A DNA stretch of 37,582 nt from an uncultured Planctomycetia bacterium (GTDB taxonomy: Bacteria; Omnitrophota; Gorgyraeia; Tantalellales; Tantalellaceae): assembly GCA_964624805.1 (NCBI GenBank), contig CAZUYM010000001.1, forward strand, positions 1 through 37,582. Direction: 5' to 3'. Of the stretch, positions 8,785 to 16,412 are shown in pieces; positions within the stretch are counted from its first letter, which is position 1; every line of letters begins with the position of its first letter. Below the pieces are notes generated by a model. The model had not been told where the DNA came from, did not search any database, and worked only from the letters and a program-made list of their open reading frames with translations. Both the position numbers and the translations under genes were made by a program.

Positions 8785-10203
8785 ATGATGGCAGATCCGA
8801 AAAAAGGCCTTAAGCTGGGGATATTTACCCTCGCGATGATAAATGTTGCCGCGGTACTTTCACTGCGGAGTCTTCCCGCGATGGCGGATTACGGGTACGC
8901 CTTGATCTTTTATCTGGGGTTATCCTCTCTCTGCTTTTTTGTCCCGTCAGCGCTGGTATCCGCCGAACTTGCTTCAGGATGGCCCAAAGAGGGTGGTGTA
9001 TTTTTATGGGTCAAAGAGGCTTTCGGGCCCAAATGGGGTTTTGTCGCGATATTTATGCAGTGGGTCGAGAACCTGCCCTGGTTTCCGGCGGTACTGGCTT
9101 TCGCGGCATCGGCTCTCGCCTATGTCGTAAACCCGGCGTTGGCGTCCAATAAACTGTTTGTTATAGTGGTCATATGGGTCACACTCTGGATAGCTACATT
9201 CCTTAATTTCAGGGGGATGAAATTATCCGCTTTTCTCAGTTCCTCGGGTGTTATTTCCGGAACGATCATACCAGGAGTCCTTATTATTATCCTCGGGGTA
9301 ATACACGTATTTTCCGGAAAGACTCTCGCCATAACATATTCACCCGCCGCGCTTATCCCCAAGCTTGACAACCTTAACCAGTTAATGCTGCTTTCCGGTA
9401 TGATGATGGCCATTTCCGGCATGGAAATGTCTGCCGTTCACGTTACCGACGTCGAGAATCCTAAGAAAAATTTCCCGAAAGCTATCTTTATCGCCTGCGC
9501 GATAATTATCTTTTTATGCGTTGTGGGGTCCCTGTCGATAGCCATAGTCATACCGAGAATGGACATGAGTTTAAATGCGGGTGTATGCCAGGCTTTTGCC
9601 GAGTTGTTCAAAATTCACGGTATTCCCTGGATAATGCCGATAATATCCATACTTTTGGCTTACGGCGCGATTACGATGGTCGTGACATGGATGGTGGGAC
9701 CGTCAAAAGGTATGCTGGAGGTGGCAAAAGACGGATATCTGCCAAAATTCATGCAAAAGCAGAATTCCTACGGGATGCCTACCGGCACCCTGATCGTGCA
9801 GGGAGTATTCTCGAGTATAATTTCTTTAGCCGTTCTTTTTATGCCGACCGTCAGCAGCGCGTTCTGGATAATGAGCGCGCTGGCCGCGCAGCTATACCTT
9901 GTCATGTATCTTTTGATGTTCGCCGCGGCCATTAAACTGCGCTATTCTCAGCCGGAAGTCGAAAGGGCGTACGCGATCCCCGGCGGGAAGATCGGCATGT
10001 GGCTGGTTTCGGGAGTGGCGTTTGTTACGTCTCTTTTTGTTATTGTGTTCGGTTTTATTCCCACCTCCGCCGTACGTAAGGAAGGGCCGCCTGCCGTGAT
10101 CGCGTATGTCGGGTTCCTTCTTATAGGGGTGGTAGTTTTCGTTGCCGCGCCGCTTGTCTTGTATCACAACGAAGAGAGAAGAAAAAGAAAGGCGATACAA
10201 TAA
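8785..10203 (+). CDS. APC-superfamily amino acid/amine antiporter, glutamate:GABA antiporter (GadC)-family-like
   Basis: 12-TM permease. Collinear with recalled E. coli GadC blocks: GGVFLWVKEAFGPKWGF vs GGVFAWVSNTLGPRWGF; LNAGVCQAF vs LSAGVMQTF; WMVGPSKGM vs WIVGPSRGM; AIPGGK vs NIPGGK. Lacks the long GadC C-terminal plug. ATG at 8785 follows AGGAG. Confidence 0.85.
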   Translation: MMADPKKGLKLGIFTLAMINVAAVLSLRSLPAMADYGYALIFYLGLSSLCFFVPSALVSAELASGWPKEGGVFLWVKEAFGPKWGFVAIFMQWVENLPWFPAVLAFAASALAYVVNPALASNKLFVIVVIWVTLWIATFLNFRGMKLSAFLSSSGVISGTIIPGVLIIILGVIHVFSGKTLAITYSPAALIPKLDNLNQLMLLSGMMMAISGMEMSAVHVTDVENPKKNFPKAIFIACAIIIFLCVVGSLSIAIVIPRMDMSLNAGVCQAFAELFKIHGIPWIMPIISILLAYGAITMVVTWMVGPSKGMLEVAKDGYLPKFMQKQNSYGMPTGTLIVQGVFSSIISLAVLFMPTVSSAFWIMSALAAQLYLVMYLLMFAAAIKLRYSQPEVERAYAIPGGKIGMWLVSGVAFVTSLFVIVFGFIPTSAVRKEGPPAVIAYVGFLLIGVVVFVAAPLVLYHNEERRKRKAIQ

Positions 10204-10220
10204 GTAGCGCCTTTCTTTTG
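10188..10220 (+). terminator. Possible intrinsic terminator at the end of the antiporter gene
   Basis: AAAGGCG (10188-10194) pairs with CGCCTTT (10208-10214), 13-nt loop, then CTTTTG. Overlaps the stop codon. Confidence 0.35.
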
Positions 10221-10237
10221 ATGAACCCTAAATAAAT

Positions 10238-11083
10238 TTATTTACTGAAGCCCTGTGCTTTTTCCCATTCGGGCAATGTCATTGAAAGCATGTCAGACGG
10301 CAGAGCGCCTTTGGGTATGGCGTTTTTAGCGAACACGGCATACGGAGCGCAGGTGAGCGCGCATCCCACGTAACCTTCCGGTATCCATTCGGTCTTATAT
10401 CCCAGGAAGATCTCCTTGTACTTGACGTTCGAATCGTCGCCGCAGCGCACGATGCTTGTAGCGATATTTTCCATCAGCTTATCGAGATAGGCCACTCTGG
10501 CTTCGTCGCTGTCATGAGGAATGGAATCACCGGCATCTTCGATAAAAAGGTTAGAATCTTTCTCCCGGTCTTCGGCTATCGCCAGAGCGATAGCGCACCA
10601 GATGGAAGTAGGTCCGGTGACCGTATTATCTTTGACCGCGCAGTTCACGTGAGCTCCCGGGAGCAGGGGAAACCTTCTCTGGTCGTTAGTCCCGAAAAGG
10701 CGGCTGCCCGCGTTAAGCAGGGGTTCGACTGAATATACCGGGATCTCGACCCCATCTGAGCGTTTTCTGGTGAATAAAGGCTTAATGGATCCGTCGGCGA
10801 TCGATTCCTGCTTTGCCAGATGGTATCCCCAGACCGCGCCGTTGAGGCCGTTAAAAGAAGAGGCGGCGATCATATTTATCTGTCCCACGTATGTGCCCAG
10901 GGTCTCGGCCCTGTCGTATGAGACGATAGTCTCCAGGACAGTATCCATATCTTTTTTCACCTTGCCGGTCTGAAGCTTCAGGACGGAGATATATCCTAAG
11001 CCAGTCGCTCCGGGGTTTCCGTATCCATCACAATATGAGTCAAAGGGTCCGACTGCTCCATTTACTATATCTTCCAGCTTCAT
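10238..11083 (-). CDS. hdcA: Pyruvoyl-dependent histidine decarboxylase proenzyme (HdcA-like)
   Basis: IVSYDRAETLGTYVGQINMIAASSFNG matches the Lactobacillus 30a HdcA block IVSYDRAETKNAYIGQINMTTASSFTG, which contains the Ser-Ser autocleavage site (codons at 10856-10861). Further collinear similarity (SIWCAIALA, LFIEDAG, PEW). The ORF track starts at a GTG (11092); the ATG at 11083 has better spacing from AAGGA. Confidence 0.85.
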   Translation of the reverse strand: MKLEDIVNGAVGPFDSYCDGYGNPGATGLGYISVLKLQTGKVKKDMDTVLETIVSYDRAETLGTYVGQINMIAASSFNGLNGAVWGYHLAKQESIADGSIKPLFTRKRSDGVEIPVYSVEPLLNAGSRLFGTNDQRRFPLLPGAHVNCAVKDNTVTGPTSIWCAIALAIAEDREKDSNLFIEDAGDSIPHDSDEARVAYLDKLMENIATSIVRCGDDSNVKYKEIFLGYKTEWIPEGYVGCALTCAPYAVFAKNAIPKGALPSDMLSMTLPEWEKAQGFSK

Positions 11084-11206
11084 GATGATCACCGTCCTTT
11101 TTTGGTTGTAAGCGTATATTATATCGCACCATCACCGTCCTGAAAATAAGAAAATGGGAGAGAGATCCAAATAGCTGCCGCCCCTGAGCTAAAACTGCCA
11201 GGAAGC

Positions 11207-11235
11207 TTTACATAAAGCGCTTCTCGTAGTATAGT
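11207..11235 (+). promoter_or_regulatory. Near-consensus sigma70-type promoter
   Basis: TTTACA (11207-11212), 17-nt spacer, TATAGT (11230-11235). Confidence 0.55.
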
Positions 11236-11241
11236 TATATC

Positions 11242-11310
11242 TCTAACTGATCCCCGTTCGCGCGGGGATGGCAGCCACGAGGATGTTAGTTCTTAACCTC
11301 GTGGTTTTTT
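11242..11310 (+). ncRNA. Candidate ~70-nt small RNA or terminating leader of typA (two hairpins, second is an intrinsic terminator)
   Basis: Lies downstream of the promoter above. Hairpin 1 is ATCCCCG/CGGGGAT (11250-11256/11263-11269). Hairpin 2 is CCACGAGG/CCTCGTGG (11275-11282/11297-11304) followed by T6 (11305-11310). Confidence 0.35.
11275..11310 (+). terminator. Intrinsic terminator-like hairpin 55 nt upstream of typA
   Basis: Perfect 8-bp GC-rich stem, 14-nt loop, T6 tail. Confidence 0.6.
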
Positions 11311-11365
11311 ATTTGTCTTATCAGGGGGCGGCAAGAGAGAAAAGCCAAAAGGAAACAGTGGTATT

Positions 11366-13192
11366 ATGTCGAATCAAAAGAGAAGAAAAGATATAAGGAA
11401 TATCGCGATCATCGCGCATGTCGATCATGGCAAAACCACGCTTGTCGACGCGCTGCTGAAATATACCGGCGCGTATGATTTTAAATCCGGGGAAACCACG
11501 ATCATGGATTCAAATCCTCTCGAGAAGGAGAGAGGGATAACCATACTTTCCAAAAACGCTTCACTTCAATATAAGGGGGTGCAGTTTAACATAGTCGACA
11601 CCCCGGGACATGCTGATTTCGGCAGTGAAGTGGAGAGGATACTTCAAATGGTAGATGGGGTGCTTCTTCTGGTGGATGCTTTTGAAGGGCCGATGCCGCA
11701 GACAAAATTTGTATTAAAAAAATCTCTGGAGCTGCACCTGAAGCCGATACTTGTAGTTAATAAGCTGGACCGTCCTCACGCGCGTCCAAATGAAGTCGCC
11801 GATATGACTTTTGATCTTTTCTGTGACTTGAACGCTACGGATGAGCAGCTCGATTTTCCCATAGTGTACGCCTCGGGAAAGGACGGGTACGCGACACTCG
11901 ACCTTGATGAGCCGAGCGATTCCGTGAAGCCGCTTCTTGAGACTATACTGCACAGGGTACTTCCCCCGGTAGCTGACCCGGATATGCCTTTTCAGATGCT
12001 TGTTACGATGCTTGATTATGATTCATATGTAGGCATTATAGCTATTGGGCGCATATTTCACGGAGAGGTCTGTGTCGGAGAAACTGTTTCGGTTGTAAAA
12101 CGTAACGGCACTGTCGATAAGGCTAAAGTAACAAAGATAATGAAATATAAGGGATTAGTGCGTGTAGAAGCCGATAAAGCGATCGCGGGGGATATTATTA
12201 CTCTTGCAGGAATGGAAAATGTGCAGGTTGGCGAGACGCTGGCCTCTCTTAAAGATCCAAAGGGACTTCCAACAGTAAAGATCGATGAACCGACGATCTC
12301 CATGAATTTTTCTCATAATACCAGCCCGCTTGCCGGTAAGGATGGAGGAAGATTTTTAACGTCCAGGCATATCCGCGAACGACTGCAGCATGAAGCAAAG
12401 ATAAACGTCGGGATAAAGGTTGAAGAGGCAGATGGAGGCGAGCGCTTCAAAGTTTCGGGACGGGGAGAATTGCATTTATCCATATTGATAGAGACGATGC
12501 GCCGGGAAGGATATGAGATGGAAGTGTCCCGGCCTCAGGTAATTTTAAAAAAATTGGGGGACCAGGTGCTTGAGCCTGTTGAGGAAGTAGTGATCGAAGT
12601 AGATCCCCAATATCAGGGCTCCGTTATGCAGGCTATTGGAGAGCGCAAAGCGGCGATGCAAAAGATGGAGACAACTTCAGCCGGCGCGATGAGGATGGAA
12701 TTCACTATCGCCTCCAGAGCGCTTATCGGGTTCAGGAGCGATTTTTTGCTCATGACGCGCGGCAACGGGATCATGTACCAGAACTTTCTGGAATATCAGA
12801 CATATAAAGGGGATATGCCCGAGAGGCAGAGGGGGGTGCTCGTTTCACAGTCGGCGGGTGAGGCGGTTGCCTACGCGCTTTTTAATCTGCAGGCGAGGGG
12901 AGAGATATTTATCAGTCCCGGGGACGACCTTTATGAGGGGATGGTCCTGGGGGTCAACAATAAGGGAGTCGACCTGGTTGTCAACGCTTTGAAGGGTAAA
13001 AAACTCACTAATATGCGTTCGTCCGGGTCCGACGACGCTATTCAGCTTATCCCTCCCCGGGAAAAGACGCTTGAATTCGCTCTTGAGTTTATCGAAGATG
13101 ATGAACTGGTCGAGATAACCCCCCAGAATATCCGGATCAGAAAGTCTCATTTGACCGAGAACGCCCGCAAGCTGATAAATAAGAAGAAATAA
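11366..13192 (+). CDS. typA: Translational GTPase TypA/BipA
   Basis: G1 AHVDHGKTT, G3 DTPGH, G4 NKLD. EF-G-like domain order with the BipA-specific C-terminal domain. 608 aa. Confidence 0.95.
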   Translation: MSNQKRRKDIRNIAIIAHVDHGKTTLVDALLKYTGAYDFKSGETTIMDSNPLEKERGITILSKNASLQYKGVQFNIVDTPGHADFGSEVERILQMVDGVLLLVDAFEGPMPQTKFVLKKSLELHLKPILVVNKLDRPHARPNEVADMTFDLFCDLNATDEQLDFPIVYASGKDGYATLDLDEPSDSVKPLLETILHRVLPPVADPDMPFQMLVTMLDYDSYVGIIAIGRIFHGEVCVGETVSVVKRNGTVDKAKVTKIMKYKGLVRVEADKAIAGDIITLAGMENVQVGETLASLKDPKGLPTVKIDEPTISMNFSHNTSPLAGKDGGRFLTSRHIRERLQHEAKINVGIKVEEADGGERFKVSGRGELHLSILIETMRREGYEMEVSRPQVILKKLGDQVLEPVEEVVIEVDPQYQGSVMQAIGERKAAMQKMETTSAGAMRMEFTIASRALIGFRSDFLLMTRGNGIMYQNFLEYQTYKGDMPERQRGVLVSQSAGEAVAYALFNLQARGEIFISPGDDLYEGMVLGVNNKGVDLVVNALKGKKLTNMRSSGSDDAIQLIPPREKTLEFALEFIEDDELVEITPQNIRIRKSHLTENARKLINKKK

Positions 13193-13195
13193 CCG

Positions 13196-13213
13196 GCCCG
13201 AGGGGGCTTTTTT
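13196..13213 (+). terminator. Weak terminator-like element after typA
   Basis: GCCC/GGGC 4-bp stem (13196-13199/13204-13207) followed by T6 (13208-13213). Confidence 0.3.
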
Positions 13214-13252
13214 GAAAAAATATCAGAGGGGTAAAAAAAAACAGTATTTATG

Positions 13253-13280
13253 TTGACGTGGGGGGACTATGAGGTATAAT
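13253..13280 (+). promoter_or_regulatory. Near-consensus promoter of the cold-shock protein gene
   Basis: TTGACG (13253-13258), 16-nt spacer, TATAAT (13275-13280). Implies a 5' UTR of about 120 nt. Confidence 0.6.
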
Positions 13281-13320
13281 ACACCTTGTAGAGGTAGTAA
13301 ATGAGGAGTGATAGTTTTAA

Positions 13321-13358
13321 ACCACAGGGTTAGGAACATAATCGCCTTGTGGTTTTTT
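13321..13358 (+). promoter_or_regulatory. Terminator-like hairpin inside the csp 5' leader (possible attenuator or thermosensor element)
   Basis: ACCACAGGG (13321-13329) pairs with CCTTGTGGT (13345-13353) with one G-U pair, 15-nt loop, T-run to 13358. Lies 50 nt before the ATG. Confidence 0.45.
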
Positions 13359-13408
13359 GCATTAGGCCTTATTTACGGTAAAGTAATTTTTAACAGGAGG
13401 TAGAAGCA

Positions 13409-13612
13409 ATGGCAACAGGAACAGTAAAATGGTTCAATGACTCAAAAGGTTATGGTTTTATTACACCGGATGACGGAAGCAAAGATTGTTTCGTTCATCA
13501 CAACGCGATCCAGGGCGAAGGTTTCAAGTCTCTGGGCGAAGGCCAGAAGGTCCAGTTTGACGTCGAAGAAGGCGCCAAAGGTCCGCAGGCTACAAATGTA
13601 GTAAAGCTGTAA
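13409..13612 (+). CDS. cspA: Cold-shock domain protein (CspA family)
   Basis: 67 aa. RNP1 KGYGFI and RNP2 CFVHH motifs. AGGAGG SD. Confidence 0.95.
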   Translation: MATGTVKWFNDSKGYGFITPDDGSKDCFVHHNAIQGEGFKSLGEGQKVQFDVEEGAKGPQATNVVKL

Positions 13613-13629
13613 TTTGCTGAATAGAAGAT

Positions 13630-13664
13630 AAGGCCTGGCAAGAAATTGCCAGGCCTTTTTTTTT
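13630..13664 (+). terminator. Strong intrinsic terminator after csp
   Basis: 11-bp perfect stem (AAGGCCTGGCA/TGCCAGGCCTT), 6-nt loop, T-run of about 9. Confidence 0.85.
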
Positions 13665-13752
13665 GGAAAGAGCTATAACTTAACCGGAAAGTCTTTATGG
13701 TATCTGCTTCACCGTGATCGCTTTAGGGGCATGGAGATATGGATAAAGGATA

Positions 13753-14970
13753 TCAGGATATTTCGCCGGCGCTTTTAAGGGCTTTTTTCACAAAGATGGG
13801 ACCGATAAATTCGTTGATTATGGTTCCGCCAACGATGATGCTGATAAGATAGTTGGAGATATCTTTGAAAACGGGATTTTGGTTCAACAAGAGGGCAAGG
13901 CCTATAACTATGCCCCCGAAGGGGATAAGCCCGCTCGCCGTGTATTTTTTGATCCGGGGAGAGGATCCCGCGATCTTCGCGCCAATCGCTGTACCCGCGT
14001 ATTTTCCGATGATCCTGAATATCACGAAACATATTATCAGGGCGAAGATGATGTGGGGCACACCGAAATCCAGATGCATGCCGCTTAGCACAAAAAATAT
14101 CAGGAAAATAAGCTCTTCTGAATATCTTTCCAGCATGGCGAAGACCTTTTTGGGTTGCGGATTATAATTCGCAACGACTATTCCCATAATCATTATTGAG
14201 AGGATCTCTTCCGCGCCGAGCGTGGTGGCAAGCCCCCAGCATATTGTGAGGAAACTGAGTATCAGAACGAAAAACATTCCCTCGCTCTCTTTTGATATCC
14301 GCCTTGTAATGAAGTTAAAAATAAATCCAAGAGTGCAGCCAAGAACGACGGAACCGAGCAGGATAAGCGCAGGGGTAAGGATCACGGCATACACGCTGAA
14401 TGCCTCCTTTGTGATGATCGCCTGGGCAATGACGATCGCGACACTGTAATTTATGATCCCCAGCACGTCGTCAAATCCGGCTATGCTCAGCATGGTCGAG
14501 GAGACCTCGCCTTTGGCCTTATACTCATGGGTTACCGCCAGCGCGACAGAAGGGTCCGTCGGAGACCCGAGACACCCCAGAAGAAGGCTGAACGGGATGA
14601 CTGTCGCGAACCAGGATGCCATGGGAAAATCTGTTACCAGAGGCAGGAGCACGACGAATCCGGCTGTGATCATCAGAAAAGTTATCTCGGCCTCAAATAG
14701 CGTGATAAAAAATATGCCCCGTCCAAGCTTTTTTATTTTCGGGAACTCTATGGTGCCGCCTATCGCGAAAGCTATGAAAGCGATAGCGATGTTTTCTATT
14801 ATGTCGGTGTCGGATGTGATGTTCGAGGGGACGAAATGGCATATCTGGGGATTAAGTATGAGTCCCGCCAGAAGGTATCCGACGATCTTCGGCAATTTGA
14901 GACGATGAAGCACTTGTCCAAAGACAAAACCAAAAAAAAGAATAACCCCCACCAGTAAGAATTTATTCAT
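13753..14970 (-). CDS. Cation:proton antiporter (CPA2 / Na+/H+-exchanger-domain protein, no RCK domain)
   Basis: 405 aa, about 12 TM helices. N-terminal LKLPKIVGYLLAGLILNP is typical of Kef/CPA2 membrane domains. Confidence 0.8.
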   Translation of the reverse strand: MNKFLLVGVILFFGFVFGQVLHRLKLPKIVGYLLAGLILNPQICHFVPSNITSDTDIIENIAIAFIAFAIGGTIEFPKIKKLGRGIFFITLFEAEITFLMITAGFVVLLPLVTDFPMASWFATVIPFSLLLGCLGSPTDPSVALAVTHEYKAKGEVSSTMLSIAGFDDVLGIINYSVAIVIAQAIITKEAFSVYAVILTPALILLGSVVLGCTLGFIFNFITRRISKESEGMFFVLILSFLTICWGLATTLGAEEILSIMIMGIVVANYNPQPKKVFAMLERYSEELIFLIFFVLSGMHLDFGVPHIIFALIICFVIFRIIGKYAGTAIGAKIAGSSPRIKKYTASGLIPFGGIVIGLALLLNQNPVFKDISNYLISIIVGGTIINEFIGPIFVKKALKSAGEIS

Positions 14971-15091
14971 CTTCTGTCCTCATATCAGACCTCCGTTAAG
15001 ATATAATATACCCCAAAAAGTGTGCAAGCACAAAGAGAATAAAGTGATGTTAAATGACCGAGTACTTTCTATTTGAATATTCCTTGAACGG

Positions 15092-16231
15092 TCAATATAT
15101 GTCGTATTTAAGCAGCCGGCACTCAATGTCGCCGGTATGAAAAGGTATGCGTTTCGTCGAGCGGAGACCGACTTTTTTCGCGAGGGCAAGGTTTCCGGTA
15201 AAGATGAATCCGGAATACCCGCCGCATTTCTGTTTGAAAAAATCTCCTATTTCCTTGTAGGTCTCAGCGAGCTTCTCCACTTCACCCATGCGCTCACCGT
15301 ATTCCGGGTTGAGTATCACCTCACCGCCGCCGGCCGGTATGTCCGTATCCCTGAAATCACATACTTTGAAGTCTATAAGGTGGTCAACTCCGCAGGTTTT
15401 CGCGTTTTTGACAGCCGCGTTAACAGCTTCTTCGAGGATATCCGTCGCGATTATACGATTCTGTGGTTTTTTTTCGGATCTGGAGAGGGCGTCTTTTCGG
15501 AGGTCCTGCCAGTATTGCTTATCATAATTTTTAAAATGCATAAAACCGTAGTTTGAATGCAGAAGTCCCGGTGCTTTGTTCAATGCTATCAGCGCCGCTT
15601 CTATCGCGATAGTGCCGCTGCCGCACATAGGGTTGATGAGATTCCCGGTTCCATCGTACCCGGACGCGAGAAGGACGGCGCTCGCGAGGGTTTCCTGCAT
15701 GGGGGCTTTAAGGGGTATCTTGCGGTAGCCCCTGTCTGCCAATTTGGTGCCCGAAGTGTTCAGGTATATCCAGGCACGGTCATTTTTCCAGTACAGGTTT
15801 ATGACTATATTACGTCTCTCGGGGCCGGAGTCCGGGCGGCGGCCTGTTTTTTCAAGCATACGGTCGACGATCGCGTCTTTAAGCCTTTGATTGGAGAACA
15901 TAGTATTTTTTATCGTGGGATTCGAGACCTGCGAAACAACCGAAATATATTCATCTTCCGGGATGATGTCCTCCCATTGCAGCTGGTATGTCTTGCTATA
16001 GAGGTCATCGGCGGAAACGCAATGAAACTCTTCCAGCAGGAAGAGGACATTAAAGGCTGTTCGTAATTCAAGGTTAAGTTTATATGTGTCCCGAAAGGAG
16101 GACCGGATCACGACGCCGGTATCATGTGAGGAGTCCACTGTAAACCCGAGCGAGCTGACCTCATCCTCCAGGAAGGGGGAGATCCCGCGCGCGCAGGTGA
16201 TAAGTATATTGTTGGTATCGTTGAGGTCCAT
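15092..16231 (-). CDS. THUMP-domain class I SAM-dependent RNA methyltransferase (RlmL N-half/YpsC-like)
   Basis: N-terminal THUMP-like region. SAM motif I INPMCGSGTIAIEAA and motif IV LNPEYGER. The ATG at 16231 (MDLNDTNN...) is preferred over the ORF-track start at 16309, whose 26-aa extension looks non-coding. Confidence 0.8.
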   Translation of the reverse strand: MDLNDTNNILITCARGISPFLEDEVSSLGFTVDSSHDTGVVIRSSFRDTYKLNLELRTAFNVLFLLEEFHCVSADDLYSKTYQLQWEDIIPEDEYISVVSQVSNPTIKNTMFSNQRLKDAIVDRMLEKTGRRPDSGPERRNIVINLYWKNDRAWIYLNTSGTKLADRGYRKIPLKAPMQETLASAVLLASGYDGTGNLINPMCGSGTIAIEAALIALNKAPGLLHSNYGFMHFKNYDKQYWQDLRKDALSRSEKKPQNRIIATDILEEAVNAAVKNAKTCGVDHLIDFKVCDFRDTDIPAGGGEVILNPEYGERMGEVEKLAETYKEIGDFFKQKCGGYSGFIFTGNLALAKKVGLRSTKRIPFHTGDIECRLLKYDIY

Positions 16232-16412
16232 ATGCAAGTTAGAGTATAACGCACTTGGAGGGTTATGACAATAGTTCAGAGGCCCTGACGGCGGCCTGAA
16301 ATTAAACATAAAGCTTTTGCGGGGTTTTTAGTGTAAAATAGATGAAGTTCCAAGATAGATGAGGATAATAGATAGTACTGCATAGAAACAGAAAATGAGG
16401 AGTTAAGATCTT

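Noticed and set aside
2966-11092. The acid-resistance locus as a horizontally acquired mobile island
   Set aside because: No integrase, transposase, tRNA attachment site or flanking direct repeats were visible. I could not evaluate composition quantitatively by eye, so mobility is not claimed.
11249-11270. Type I-E CRISPR-repeat-like hairpin (ATCCCCGTTCGCGCGGGGATG)
   Set aside because: There is only a single copy, with no second repeat, no spacer periodicity and no cas genes in the window. It is treated as a hairpin of the typA leader or sRNA candidate, not as a CRISPR array.
16330-16400. AGATAGATGA-like short direct repeats upstream of the DEAD-box helicase
   Set aside because: They are short, purine-rich and imperfect (AGATGA x2 plus AGATAG). 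No convincing promoter or structure is associated, so they are within what chance could produce in an A/G-rich leader.
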